A stretch of DNA of 64,000 nt from Raja brachyura (GCA_963514005.1 OY740795.1:39680001-39744000), one strand, 5' to 3'. Positions 12,360 through 25,141 are shown, counted from the stretch's first letter. Notes: generated by a model not told the origin, from the letters alone. Made by a program: numbers and translations.

Positions 12360-13610
12360 CTTCTATTGGGAGACGGTTACTACCAGGGTTCCAAGAAGAT
12401 CAGTGCTGGTGCCATATCTATCCAATACATGAATTAATGACTCAAATAAGATAATAATATGTCCCCAGGTTTACTCATAACTCGACGTAGTAAATATCAA
12501 TAGCAGAAGAATAGATTTGTCAAAATTCAGCGATGGATTAAATGAATAGACAAAACTGTAGCAATGCAATCTGATGCACATAATCATTTGCATACCACTT
12601 TGGCACCAATAGAAATGTGTTGTTTTGAATAGTTAAAAGCTATACACAACGGAGATCCAAACAGATTTGTGACTCATGCATTTGAGCCATTAAACTATCA
12701 AATAATTTAAAAAAAAATCTGAAAGACTAATTAAAACTTAACTATGGATGTAAAGGGGGCCAAGTATTTCGACAAGGATACTCAGGCTTGGTTAGACTAG
12801 ATCTGGTGCATTGTGTATAGTTCTGAGGGCCACACTCGGGAAAGAAAATACTGGCACTAGTTGGAGTACTTGACTAATTTGTGGGAATGCACCGCGAGGT
12901 TGGCCTTGGGTTAATTATGAGGAGAGATTATTTAAAGCAGGCCTTATTTTATGGAATAGTGAGGAGAGATGTGAATGTTTGATTGAAGTTTTAAAAGGGG
13001 GCATATTAAACCTTCTCCTGCCATTGAGAAGTCTAGGCCAATAAAAGACATTGCCTTAACGTCAGAAACAGGTCATTCGAGAGAGAGAGTCTAGGAAACA
13101 TGCAAAAGGTGGCAGAAATGTGGCCAACGTTCTTGAGAAAACAATAATAGTTTTGCACCTGGGATGAATGAATTGTAAATGGCCAAGCAACAGTGAGGAT
13201 TTGGAAGGGTAGCTGGAGAATATATTGCCTCTGTTGCTCATTGAAAAGAAGGGGCATAATCTTAAATTAGTGATAGACTGCTGGGGCATTGCCACAATAT
13301 AGTCTTTTACAGAAAGGATGATAGAAATATCCCTCAAAAATCGAAAGAAAAATAAAGATTCATAGCAGAAAATAAATAATCTATTATTCATTTGAACAGC
13401 AATGACAAAGAGAGATTTCTAGAATAAATATTCTGCTTATTGTCAATAGTTTTCAACTTCTTATCATTTTCAGATGATGAGTTTTGCCTCAGATTCACCG
13501 GAAATTGAAACAAATGGAGCATAGGTATCACAGAGCCATGCTTTAAATAAATGGCAAAACGAAGTTACGGAGCTGAAAAATCCACTCCTTTTCCTGCTCC
13601 CATGTTCCTT
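12360..13610 (+). mobile_element. Highly degenerate CR1-type LINE
   Basis: Remnants of GVPQGSVL (agggttccaagaagatcagtgctgg) and later RT motifs. Confidence 0.55.
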
Positions 13611-14761
13611 ATCGGCCCTGGTTACACTCAATATTGTATGACTTTCCTAGGAGTTCTTGATTACCCATGATGTGGAAAATTTTGCTTTTGGCTGCAGAGA
13701 TAAAGAGTAACAAGATATGCTTATCCACAAAGTGTATGGCCAGACTCAGGAAGTGACTATTGTATTGTCAGATCTAAAATAAACAAGAGTGGAGGTACAA
13801 CTCAGAATCTAAAAATGCCAAGTTAAAGGAAGATGACAATAAGCAGAATATATATTCCAGAAATCTAAAATTGTTCAAATAAACAGCAAATTTCTTCTTT
13901 TCCAAGTGGATATTGAACAAAGTGCTCTTAAGACTTCAGAAACTCTCCCAATGACAACTAGGAGTGGAATGATATTCAGGAACCTGAGAGAAATTGTGCT
14001 CGACAACAACTGTTTATATTTTGATAAAATCTTTCACGTCAGAGTTCATAACAATAAATTCAGTAATTCATTTTTATTTAAATCCAAAAAATGTTATCAC
14101 TAATTTCTAAATTGATTTCTATGACCACTTGCAATATCAAATATTCAAAGTGGTTTATGTTACTTATTGAAGGAAGCATTTTAATAGATTATAATATAAT
14201 AATCTTGTAAAGGTTACAGTAGCACAATGGTTAAGTTAATTAACTTGTGGTCTAGACTATTGATCCAGAAATGGGAGTTTAAATACCCCCGCCACAAGAA
14301 CTCCAAGTATCAAATATACAATAAACTCATGTTACAATCCACGACATCATATTTGTTGTCAAACCCATATGGTTCCATAATATTCTGCAGGGAAGAAAAT
14401 CTGTCGGCGTCAGGGGATATGGGGAGAAGGCCGGAACGGGGTACTGATTGGGGATAATCAGCCATGATCACATTGAATGGCGGTGCTGGCACGAAGGGCC
14501 GAATGGCCTACTCCTGCACGTATTGTCTATTGTCTGTCAAAGCTATCTGGTATGACCTAAATGCAACTCCTGGCCCAACCAATGTTGTTTTCTTTCAACT
14601 ATTTCTGAGCAAATTAAATGAACTGTTACTGTCATTCCATATCCCACAATGGAATAAATTCACAAGTCCACAACATTGAAAGCGTCCACAAGCTTCAGAC
14701 TAAGAAGGTTTGTTGCTGCAGTAGATCATTATCTAGTCTACATGTAAGACAAAAAAAAAAT

Positions 14762-14881
14762 AATGCAGATGCCAGAAACCTGTTTTAAAAAAGCACAAAC
14801 AGCCAGAAGCACACAGCGGGTCTTGCAGCTTCTGTGAAGAGCAAACAGCGAATGTTTCAGATCAATAACCTTCATCAGAAC
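14762..14881 (-). repeat. Older Penelope-type terminal repeat with a hammerhead-like core
   Basis: Minus strand reads gttCTGATGAaggttattgatctGAAAcattcgc, followed by the family tail. Confidence 0.55.
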
Positions 14882-16253
14882 ACAGAAAATTGCATGTTAG
14901 CCCTCACTCATAACCAAATCTATTTATGAACTGACAGAAACCCAGGACAAATAACCCGTCCGGAAAACTCGGTATTTAGAGAGATTATAGAAATCAGCTC
15001 AGGAATTAGAGAGAAGGACGTTGTGGATTTATAATAAATCAAATACTAAACGTACAGCAATGAACTCTGACAGTGGGCAATGCACTGGTGTTTTAAACTG
15101 CTGGGATGCCTCAACAGTATGAAGCTAAGGCTGCGCACATTCATAGAAGATATCAATAGACCAATTTAAAGGATGCTTCACACTTCAAATGAACCCCCAG
15201 GCAAAGGAATTTTGAACAAGCCCGGGTACCAACTTTAACCTTGACTACCCATTTGAAACCAAGGGTAAATTAGCTGTTAACATCTGACACTGGTGGGTTA
15301 GCTATTTATAAGGACCCCATATTCTGGCAGCCTTGAGTTTAGAGGCGATTCCTGAGAACCAGTCTCCGATCTACAGCTCAGATCTACAGCTGCATGTTAA
15401 GGAGACCCAGCTATGAAACTGGACAGTTTTCAATTGGTGCGATTTACCTGCTGGCCAGAAAACATCTCAATCGATTAAGTCTTGGTCAACTGGCTTGCAT
15501 TTGACCTATCAAACCAATCAGTTTTCATGCAAGCAAACTCCATAATTCTCCAGAATTTAATGGCCTTCATCAGTTAATCTATTACATAATGAAGATTTTG
15601 CATTCAGAACACAGACTGAACTCTTTGGCTTAAGCTGAAATGATTGCTTTGAGGATATTTATAGAAATCAACTACTGAAGTAATCCACAAACTGGTGACT
15701 TTTCCCACCAGAACATTCCTCTGGGAGAAAGGTTGGCAAGTTTTCTCATTAGCTTATAAAAACACACGGAAACAACAATATTTTAAAAACCTGCAGGAAA
15801 CTGTTGAGATTGTACTTAATATAAAAGTAACTCTTGCTAGGTTACCTTTCAACTTTCAGGGAGATGTCTAAATTTGTGCAACAAAATCAAGGAACTGGTG
15901 AACATTGGTGAGCATTCAATTGTGAAGTCTGATAGCAGGTAACATATCACTCAATGAATACGCCTTTTCATTTTATTTATTCCTCTCCGTGGAGCTAAAA
16001 GCAGCAAGGTCTTGGTGCACTTCAACATTTAATAATCTGTCATTATGCACCAAACAACTTCCTAGTGGCTCAATCTGCATGTGCATCGAAGGAATGGGCC
16101 GGAATACTGATGTCGCTCACCATTCATTACTGCATGGAACTAACAGGAACTTCTGAATTCACATGCATGTACAACTGAACACAGGAATCCAAAAGCTCCT
16201 GGCAGTGATCCACTGTTCAATCAAGGCCTGCACTGTTTACAATCTTCTCCACC

Positions 16254-16310
16254 AAATCACTCGAACTGACAAAATCACTCGAACTGACAAAATCACTCGA
16301 ACTGACAAAA
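16254..16310. repeat. Minisatellite, three copies of aaatcactcgaactgaca-type unit
   Basis: Direct reading of the sequence. Confidence 0.92.
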
Positions 16311-16892
16311 CTTTGAGCTATTTCTGAACATCCCACTGTCAAATATCTTGAAAATGTCACAGTTGATTGCATGTAACCGCGATGAATTACAATGGCATTC
16401 TAACACCAAATTGCTGCTTAGCAAACTATTTGGCTCCAAGAAAACAATTTATTGTGATATTGTGAAATAAATAACTAAAAGGTAAAGGATTTGTAAATTA
16501 AAAAAAAAACAAATTTCAGGTTCTGTTCTAATCATAAGGCTTCCATACTTTATTTCGCAAATTTTAAATGTTAAATTGTTAAATGTTCAAAAATTTAAAC
16601 AAATATTGGTTTACTGGTTGAGATGATTTTTTTAATGCAATAGGCTAATCAACCCGACCACATCACAGGTTTCAGGGATTCCCTTGCAGTTGCAGCTGGC
16701 AGTGGTAGACATCAGTCAATGGGATTCATCTCACCACAGACAGACTGCTAGATCTCCACGGGAAACAATTAAGGTCAGTTACCTCAGTTAAGGTCAGCAT
16801 ACCTCAGCTTTTTCTGTAAATTCAGGGTTATGTTACCCATCCCAGTCAGGCTTATTACAGGAGTGAAGGGTGTCAAATAAGATGAATATTAA

Positions 16893-17345
16893 CGTTTCGC
16901 TGAACAACTCCGCTCAGTCCGTCTTAACCTACCTGATCTCCAGGTGGCCCAGCACTTCAACTCTTCCTCCCATTCCCAATCTGACCTTTCTGTCCTGGGC
17001 CTCCTCCATTGTCAGAGTGAGGCCCAGCGCAAATTGGAGGAACAGCACCTCATATGTTGCTTGGATAGTTTACACCCCAGCGGTATGAACATTGACTTCT
17101 CTAACTTCAGATAGTCCTTGTTTTTTCTCTCCATCCCCTTCCCAGTTCTCCCACTAGTCTTACTGTGTCCGCCTACATTTTATCTTTGTCCCGCCCCCTC
17201 CCCTGACATCAGTCTGAAGAAGGGTCTCGACCTGAAATGTCACCCATTCCTTCTCTCCAGAGATGCCGCCTCACCCGCTGAGTTACTCCAGCATTTTGTG
17301 TCTACTTTTGATTTAAACCAGCATCTGCAGTTCTTTCTTACACAA
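16893..17345 (+). mobile_element. Penelope-like element 3' fragment: GIY-YIG C-terminus plus hammerhead-bearing terminal repeat
   Basis: Translates RFAEQLRSV..VAQHFNSSSHSQSDLSVLGLLHCQSEAQRKLEEQHLICCLDSLHPSGMNIDFSNFR*, then a pyrimidine-rich UTR and CTGAAGA-agggtctcgacct-GAAA-tgtc at 17214. Confidence 0.8.
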
Positions 17346-17880
17346 GATGAATATTTGACTGCATATTTGGATATAAACTGTCCAAGCAAAATAAATTACT
17401 ACCAGACCAAGCTCCAACAGGTCCTTATATTCTTGTTTATTTACGAAAGTGAATATGCCATACCTAACCCTTACTTCTCCAATCATTTGTTGAATACTGA
17501 ACAATATGGTGGTATTAATAATTATTACAGGGAAGTCAGAAAAACTTCTTTGTATTCAATTTAAAATTCCATAATTCTGTGATGTCTATTTACAACCACA
17601 AAGCCAAATAATTTTATAAGAACTATCCATTTCTTTATCATTAACATAATCTATTAGGAATAATAAGATCAGGAGCCAATATTATGAAATAAATCCAATG
17701 TCTAATCACTATTTTTAGCTGTGAAATAGATTGCCATGGATTCATGGGGGATTCTCTACCAGCTTTGGGCACTTTTCATTAGATGCAATGATATTTGGAT
17801 CTTCATTTTGATACTTTATGATTAAACCAGAGTTAGCATCAAGTTTTAGCAATTTGAACCGGAAACAGGATAGGACAAAA

Positions 17881-17914
17881 TTATTGTGACCTATTTTGCA
17901 ATAGGTCACAATAA
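17881..17914. repeat. Perfect 15-bp-arm hairpin with a 4-nt loop
   Basis: ttattgtgacctatt-ttgc-aataggtcacaataa. Confidence 0.9.
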
Positions 17915-20018
17915 CCTCATAATGTTGAGGTTACATTGTCGGGCAATCAACACTTTCCGAGATGCCAATATGCCAATTTCTACTAATTTATGATCCATAC
18001 AATTTCTCTGCCCATGGACTAGATTTCTGCAATCATGCAATAGTGAGTTCTCAAAGGCCAGCAGTTTGGTTTGCCCAGTGCAGCTCAGTCCTCAGTCTCA
18101 CGGAAACCCTATGGACACTTGGCGTTCCAGCACCTATCTTGTGTGTTTCTCAACCATCATCCTACTAAGTTCACAATCCTGAAATGGCAACTCCTCATGT
18201 TATTTCCTATGTTGCTAAGAATCGCCACTGATTTACTGAACAATAAACACAGTTTAAATAATGCTTAGAAAATAAAAGTGGTAAAGTGTTGTAAAGATTT
18301 TTGGATTACATCCTTTCATACTTTTTTTGTTTCAGAATAATAGATTGTCATTTAAAAAGTACCTACCATACTGTAAATGGTAAAATTCATGGAATTTGGG
18401 ACAAATCTCACTACCACTTACTGCTCAACACTCACATGAGAGAATAATTGAGATTCCATAACTTCATAATGTCCAAGATGCAATCTGCATTTGTTGAACA
18501 GGAAATCTGTATAATATTCTACTTAAAATCTGCACATAGCTCAGTCAAAAGGGTGTGGCTAGAACTATATCCAACTATTGTTAAAATTATTTTGGGAAGA
18601 CATTCATAGACCTGAATGAAATAATTGGGGGAAATTGAAGTTAAAAAAATCTAACAATATTATCTTGGCAAAATAGGTGTGTTCCACATGTGGCCCATGC
18701 ACCATTGTACAGTCGTGTCTCATAGCATTTTCCAATGTGGATGCCAAATCTCCGATTGCCAGATGGAGAATACTATGGAAAGAAGGTTTTAATGTTGGAC
18801 AGGGTAGTAATGAAACACCTTTTCAATTTGTTATTGTCTAGTGGTTTGTCCCTGCTTCTTTTAAGACATGCAATGCAAGGTCTATTAGAGGTCATGGATT
18901 ATTTTCCTAATCAAACAACTTCTTTCAGAAAGAAAATGTAAAACAGTCTACATGCTTCATGCCAAAGAGTCAAAGAAACTTGGCCCTATCTTCAATTGAC
19001 CACCATTTATTAACATTTCACTTGAGATTATATAAATCTGGGACATCTTGTTTAAGATTTTTGAAGATGGCTTCCAAACGAATTCAGACAAAACTTTACA
19101 GCCATTAATTTTTCTTCATGGTATTTTTGCTGCACGGGTTAACGCTCAAGCTAAATTCCTGTTTCTGCTATTTTAACACGGTTATTAGCTTTGGATTAAG
19201 AAAGGGCAGGCAGGAATTTAAAATGAATGCATTAACCAGTGCACTGAAATAGTTCTGAGATGGTATTAAACCATCTGAGATGGTATAGTTTGTCCTTAAT
19301 GGATGGATTGAACTATTATTTTTGTAAAATGTAAGATGCATTTTCTTCAAAAATACTGCTTGAAACACAACAATCATTCCTGTCCAATAAAATAGTTTGG
19401 CAAATGCTATGATATACTGCAAAGCTGAGCACAATTGTTTCTCTAATACTTTTAGATCATTTCGTTGTTCTGCAGTATATCGATCTTTAGATGCAACGCT
19501 GAAAGCAATTAAGACTAACAGTGATATAATCCGTCTTATGCCTCCAATGTGGCAAAGAATGGCAAGAGGATCAATTTCTAGACACATCTGAGTTGTTCTA
19601 AAGAGTACTTGACCTTACATTAAATGTAAAAATCCTGTGTCATAACAGTAGCTGATGATTTCTCTACACAGCCAATTGCATATTACAATAATATGTTGAA
19701 TGGAGATATGGGACCAGGCTCATTTTCACCCACCTCGACACAAATAATTGCATTAATAGAAAGACAACTGACCTTATTAAGTGAGAAGTTGCAGATCAGC
19801 ATACAAAGAGATTTTCAATACTCTTTTGAAAAGATGCATGTCAAAACAGAGAAACAAAATACATGTCCATAAAATGCAAGGAAAAAAAAAATCGATCAGC
19901 CTGTTTTCAATCAACTTCTGTTTAGAAGGGGGAGGAACAAATCAAAATCAAATAACTTTAAGTAGGAGCTATAGCACATTTATCACACAGACAAGCTAAA
20001 ATGTAAAAAATGCATTAC

Positions 20019-21825
20019 TTGATTCAGGTGATGCCATGGTGGAGACAATGACTGGAGGTCCTGTACGCCTGGTCAGTTTTGGGTTTGTAGTATTCGCTAG
20101 CTGGTAAGCTGAGCTTGCATGTCCCAGTGTAGACTCCAGTGGTGTTCCTGGTTTCCGCATGATCCGAGGATTGTTGTGAGGGCTGTGCATCAGAGAATGA
20201 GTTGAGCTGCGATCCCTTGTCATTAGTTCTATGGGTACCGTGTAGTTGGTAGAGTAGGCGGTTTTGGGAGCTGTACTTGGAGCACCCTGCAGTGTATTCA
20301 TTGCTATTCCGGACTGAGCAGGATATATCTGCCCTGATCGCAGGTTCTGCAGCCCAACTGGGGAAGTGCTGCCGTAGCTCGTGAAGCTCGGAAAATGGTT
20401 CCCCAGTCTACCAGGCCCAGAGGAGCCATAGTTAGCAGTTTCAAGGAGATGCTGGGAAGGGGCACTGGATGGCCGGCGGTTCACCTCAGCAAACCTGGGC
20501 GAAATTGGTTGCAATGCCATTGGCAGCTGCTGAGCAGTGGGATTATCCATGGCAGGGACCATCCCTGGCTGGACTCCGTAGTCATTACGCATTAGCTCAC
20601 TCCTGTGACTGAAGCTGTTTGAGCGTGTTCTCATCCGGGCACTGCCACTCTGCAACTCCTGCCGTAACTGTGCATCTGCCTTGCAGTTGTGGATGAGACG
20701 TAACAGCAGTCGCGCCTGACCCAGGTTTTGTGCCACCGACTTGATATCGTTTTCTTCTAACATAGCCAGGAAGTTTGTTGAATCAAATCCTTGATGCAGC
20801 AAGTTTCCAATTGTGCTTTCAGATAAGCCCTCAGAGCGCAGCAGGGCCAGGAATTCCGTTTTGTTGTCCTGCCCGAGGAATCCTGCGGGAAGATGACTGC
20901 GTGCCAGCATGCTGTTGTCATAGCCATCATAAACAGGCTTGGAAATGTAACCATCCCTGTGTGCACCATAATCAGACATCGCCCGTGCTGTCGCCCCTTG
21001 CCTGTGGCCGTGGTTTAAAGTGCCGGGCGACAGCATTCTATCCAGACTGTTCTCGCACCGAGATCCGGTGGCAGGATCCACCACCAGACATGTCGGAGTG
21101 ATCTGCCGTGCACCGGTGGAGTCCACTGGCCGACCGCTGGCATCGCTGTACATCTGCTTGCTGCCAGCGAGAGGTGGCGGCTCAGCGCCGTAATGAGGGA
21201 GAGGTGTCTCGGCACCGTACCTGGCGGGGGAAGGATCACGACTACGTATTTTCTGTCCATCGTGAAGCAGCTTACCAGAGGCATCATGGTACGTACGGTT
21301 TACCTCGGGAGGGGGAGGGGGCCTCCCGTGCGAGTGGTCCCATGACATTCTCCCACCTGACAACCCATAATTCTGCGTTGATCTGTTAAGCATATGATCC
21401 CTATAAAACCGTGCCTCTTCAGATGGCCTGTGGACCAGACCCGGCTCAGCATAGTAATCCTGAGGAACTGAGTTACGCCCCGACATCACGGCCTGCTTTT
21501 CATGGGAATGAGAGAGATCAGGCACAGAGGATTTTCTCACAGGTCTGTGATCATACCGATTGGGATGATCTTCGTTGAACCCAGAGTCTGGATACCTGAA
21601 ACGTTCGTAATTATGTTCATACCCTCCTGCAAAGTTGTGATCGTGCACTCTGCCGCTATCACTGCCGTCGCCGGCACCTTCACTGGAGTAGGTTAGCGAA
21701 TCTCTTCTCCTACGAGGTCTTTGGTATTCACATGCGTTGTCGTTGTCCCAGTCCTCTCTGTACCATCCGTTAGAGTCCCAGCTCTGAGAGCAGCCAACAG
21801 TTGTATGTTTGCTAGGGACAGGCAT
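20019..21825 (-). CDS. CTBP2: RIBEYE A-domain exon (alternative first coding exon of CTBP2; synaptic ribbon scaffold). 602 codons plus 1 nt, then a phase-1 splice donor
   Basis: The 609-aa ORF 19996-21825 matches recalled mammalian RIBEYE motifs in order: MPVPS..SQSWD..GWY, RR.SLTY, QAVMSGR, PTCLVVDP, EFLA.LR.EGL, QGFDS..LA.LE..DIKSVA.NLGQAR, RS.SFSHRSEL, RRPSSAPSQHLLETA, TAYST.YTVP.EL, RRTG.P.IVSTM..PE. Similarity ends at GAA TCA A|GTAATG (GT at 20018-20017). The last ORF residues (NAFFTF) are intronic read-through. Confidence 0.97.
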
Positions 21826-21959
21826 TGGAATAAAATGACTTCAGCTTAGTTAAAGAGGCGGGACCTCTGGTTACAAAACATGAAACAAAGCAGGCTGGTT
21901 TCACCTGAGCCCCAGTGGGACTCCAAAACCAAGCAACTGAAGGTATTCTATTACAAAGT

Positions 21960-22440
21960 ACTGCTTGAATTATTAATCCAAAGAAACATCAGTAGAAACA
22001 AAACATAACGCACCTTGTTACCAAGTCTCATTCCACAACGACCAAATGAAAGATCCTCTTTGTGTGTCAGCTTGCCGATAGAAAGGGTGGATTCTTTTAA
22101 TCCACTTTTATCCCTTCCTGCTTGGGACATTGCTTGTGCAGATGACTAGTAACGCAGGGCTCATGGATTAAGTGCTAAATTAATCCAGCAAAGCCTTTGC
22201 TCTCTGTGACATCAATCGAGCTCATTCCAAACCTTACATTGGTCATACGCTGCAGTTCTGCACATTTTAAAAATCAAGCCGTCACGCAATTTCCTATCAA
22301 ATTAATTATGCGTTATTTTACTTTTTTCTAAAACCTCTCTATAAAAAGTGGATGAGGAAATTAACGAGGCAAAAAGCCAGACAATCCCTCACTGTCACCA
22401 CAATTCAAATCCATCATGATGAGATACTAATCCAGTGAGT
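21960..22440 (-). promoter_or_regulatory. Putative RIBEYE promoter region with five OTX2/CRX-type (K50 homeodomain) sites
   Basis: TAATCC at 21974, 22098, 22181 and 22428, and GGATTA at 22165, all within about 610 bp upstream of the RIBEYE ATG in apparently repeat-free DNA. Confidence 0.6.
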
Positions 22441-24482
22441 ACAGCTGGAAGTACATTGCAAGCAAAAGGGAATTTTGATAAAATAAAAATTTATATTGCA
22501 TAAGCGAAGATTTAGAATTACACTTTCAGTTTAATTGTGGAATATCTTCCTGAGTCATGGGTTTTATGATGTAATTATGATTTTAGTTTTCGAAGAAGTC
22601 ATATTTACTAATCTCTATCAAGCCAACTAAAGTACAGTACACATCATTATCACACGAGGAAAATCCTCCTGCCAACTCTCAGAGAGAAATTATCCAATTT
22701 GCAGCCTAGTTAGTAGAGGCAGCACACTACAGGAAAAGGTAGAATGGTTAGAATTCAGTTCTGCCAGTGCCTAAATAGACACACTGGACAATACACAAGC
22801 TGCTTAGGCTCATGTAAACTGTAACAATTCAAATGGCATTCATTTTTTTTAAACATCACTCTCTTGCATATTGGAAGACATTCAGTATTCCACATGAGCT
22901 ATTTTTTAATATTTAATTTGCTAGCTCCACGTACAATGTTTTCTGTAATTATTGCCTTCTTATTTTAATCTGTTAGTGAGAAGCATGGAAACTTGTATCA
23001 AACTTGACCCTAACAGACCCATCTCCTCAGTACAATTGTCAGTAATTGTCCAATAGACAATAGGCAACGTGGGTTTAAACTTTGCCAAGAGGAGCAGATG
23101 ATGTCAGCTCCTTCCAGGCGGAGTAAAGAGCAGCATAATTTATCAGAAAATGCCCAAGTCCTTTGATACCATCATCTTAACAACAAGTTATACATTAATT
23201 TTGAAATACTTGGAAAATGTAGACAGTGACAACCCACTCTAGGAACAATTATAATAAAATGTAGACTGAAATATTACAAATGCTTAACAAGTAGTTTCTT
23301 CAGGCCGACCATGGAATATTAAGAGGAACTGTAAAGGTTGAATAGAACGATCAACTGCAACGTTAACAGTGACGCCTGCCACTAGTAATTAAAGTAAAAT
23401 TCCTGAACCCATCACTGCACTGGGTAAGAAAGATTGCTTTCTGATTCACTGTTGAAGGCTACTCAGTGTCATTAATTATGCAGCAGTCTTTAGAAAAATG
23501 TTTAATATTTCACTGATCAGAAAAGATTTTCCAACATGGTGCGGTACTTCAAATACCACACCCAAAGAATGTGGAACAAACATACTAGGCACTAATGGAA
23601 AGTTCAACATGGAATGTACTGCTTTACAGTGATGAAGCAATAAAACAAAATTTATAACTATCAACATGTCAAAGAATGTTTAAATCAGGGGAGCATTTAT
23701 TTTCAAAGTTTTTAAGCACTGACTGAAAGCTCAGTATGACCAGTGAACAAATAATCACAACTGATGTTCTAAGAACAGCTGCACCATTAGGTCTATCAAC
23801 TTACTGAGAAACGGAACAGCGAAGTTCCTTGAAAAACATTACAGAACACGAGAAGAACTTGATCCTTTAACAATGAAGGTTGTCATTAGGTGGTCAGGAA
23901 AATGTCAAAGATGGACAATTAACGATGCCTCAGATTAATTTAGTCAATTCAAATAATTTACTTACAACGTTGTTGAATTAAAATGTCTCTTTCCATTTTA
24001 ACCAGACTGCTAGCTCAATAGCCAGCAACTAATGGAACAGTCAGCGTTGCTGGCACTCTGTCTGGTTCTCTTTCCTGGAGGACTGCCACTGATGGAAATT
24101 TCTATGATTCTCTGCTGTTGAAATTAAACCCTGCTTAAGCACAGTGTCATAGAATTTGACAGCTGCATGGCCAAATACTACCGTCTAAGTGAATCAATGG
24201 CTGGAATTGAGAAAAATGTAGATGTTTCCTGTCGGATGTAACGATAAGGAAAACAGAGCTGCAACTGGCATAGACCAAGATAAACATGCTGACAAAAGTA
24301 TTATTTTAAAAGGAAATACTAATGGAAATTCTAACAATGGTGAGCAACTAAGATGTCTGATTGCAACTAAGGTTCCTATGGTGGGGGGGGCACGTATTCT
24401 GCTAACCACCTAAATGACAGATATCATTTATTCCCAGTCATGGTTCAGCAATTCACCTTGGAGGGGGGAGAAAACCCACAAT

Positions 24483-24565
24483 ACTGGGGAAGTGCTGCCG
24501 TAGCTTGAGAAGCTCGGAAAATGGTTCCCCAGTCTACCAGGCCCAGAGGAGCCATAGTTAGCAGT
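24483..24565 (-). pseudogene. 83-bp duplicated fragment of the RIBEYE coding exon
   Basis: 81/83 identical to 20357-20439 in the same orientation (tagcttgagaag versus tagctcgtgaag). Confidence 0.95.
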
Positions 24566-25141
24566 CTGCATTCTCACACGGTGACCATACCTCTGATTCA
24601 TGGAACAACTTTAAAGTCGCCAGTTTTGGAAGGTATTACCGTTTACTTACACAGTTTGCAGTCGATCTGTGTTGATTAGTGAAAGAATGTAAAGTCGAGA
24701 CAACATAGAGATGTGCAGCCTATTCTTAAAACAAGTATATAACACGACAAAACAAAAGCAGCGACGCCAAACGCCCAGAGACACCAACATTTGGAACATT
24801 ATCATCAATAACAGGCCTTTGGTAGATTTGCTTGTTTTATTTTCAGTCTATTACTACTTGTTAATGTTAAATTAAAAGTAGTAAATCAAGACATCCAGTT
24901 TCAAATAGCTACTCACACTCTGCAAGGTAAATCTTAAGTATGTGCTAGGAATTTTTTGTAGTTGTAATAAATTTGCCCGCATGTAATATTACAATTTTTG
25001 TAATTGATTTTGTGTTTATTATATATTATCTATGTGCATTGTGTTTCCTGACCTATTATGCTGCCGCAAGTAAGAATTTCATTGTTCTGTTGCCAGTGCT
25101 TCTGACATTTAAACACTCATGACTAGTGTGCCAAATATATA

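Noticed and set aside
16254-16310. Regular short repeats, also 1880-2045, considered as CRISPR-like
   Set aside because: No unique spacers, no cas genes, and a vertebrate context. These are ordinary minisatellites.
1-19995. Searched by eye for the shared CtBP2 exon (IRPQIMNGP.HPRPLVALLDGRDC) downstream of the RIBEYE exon
   Set aside because: Not found. VALL in ORF 446-634 and ggcccatgcac near 18692 are coincidental. The exon is probably left of the window.
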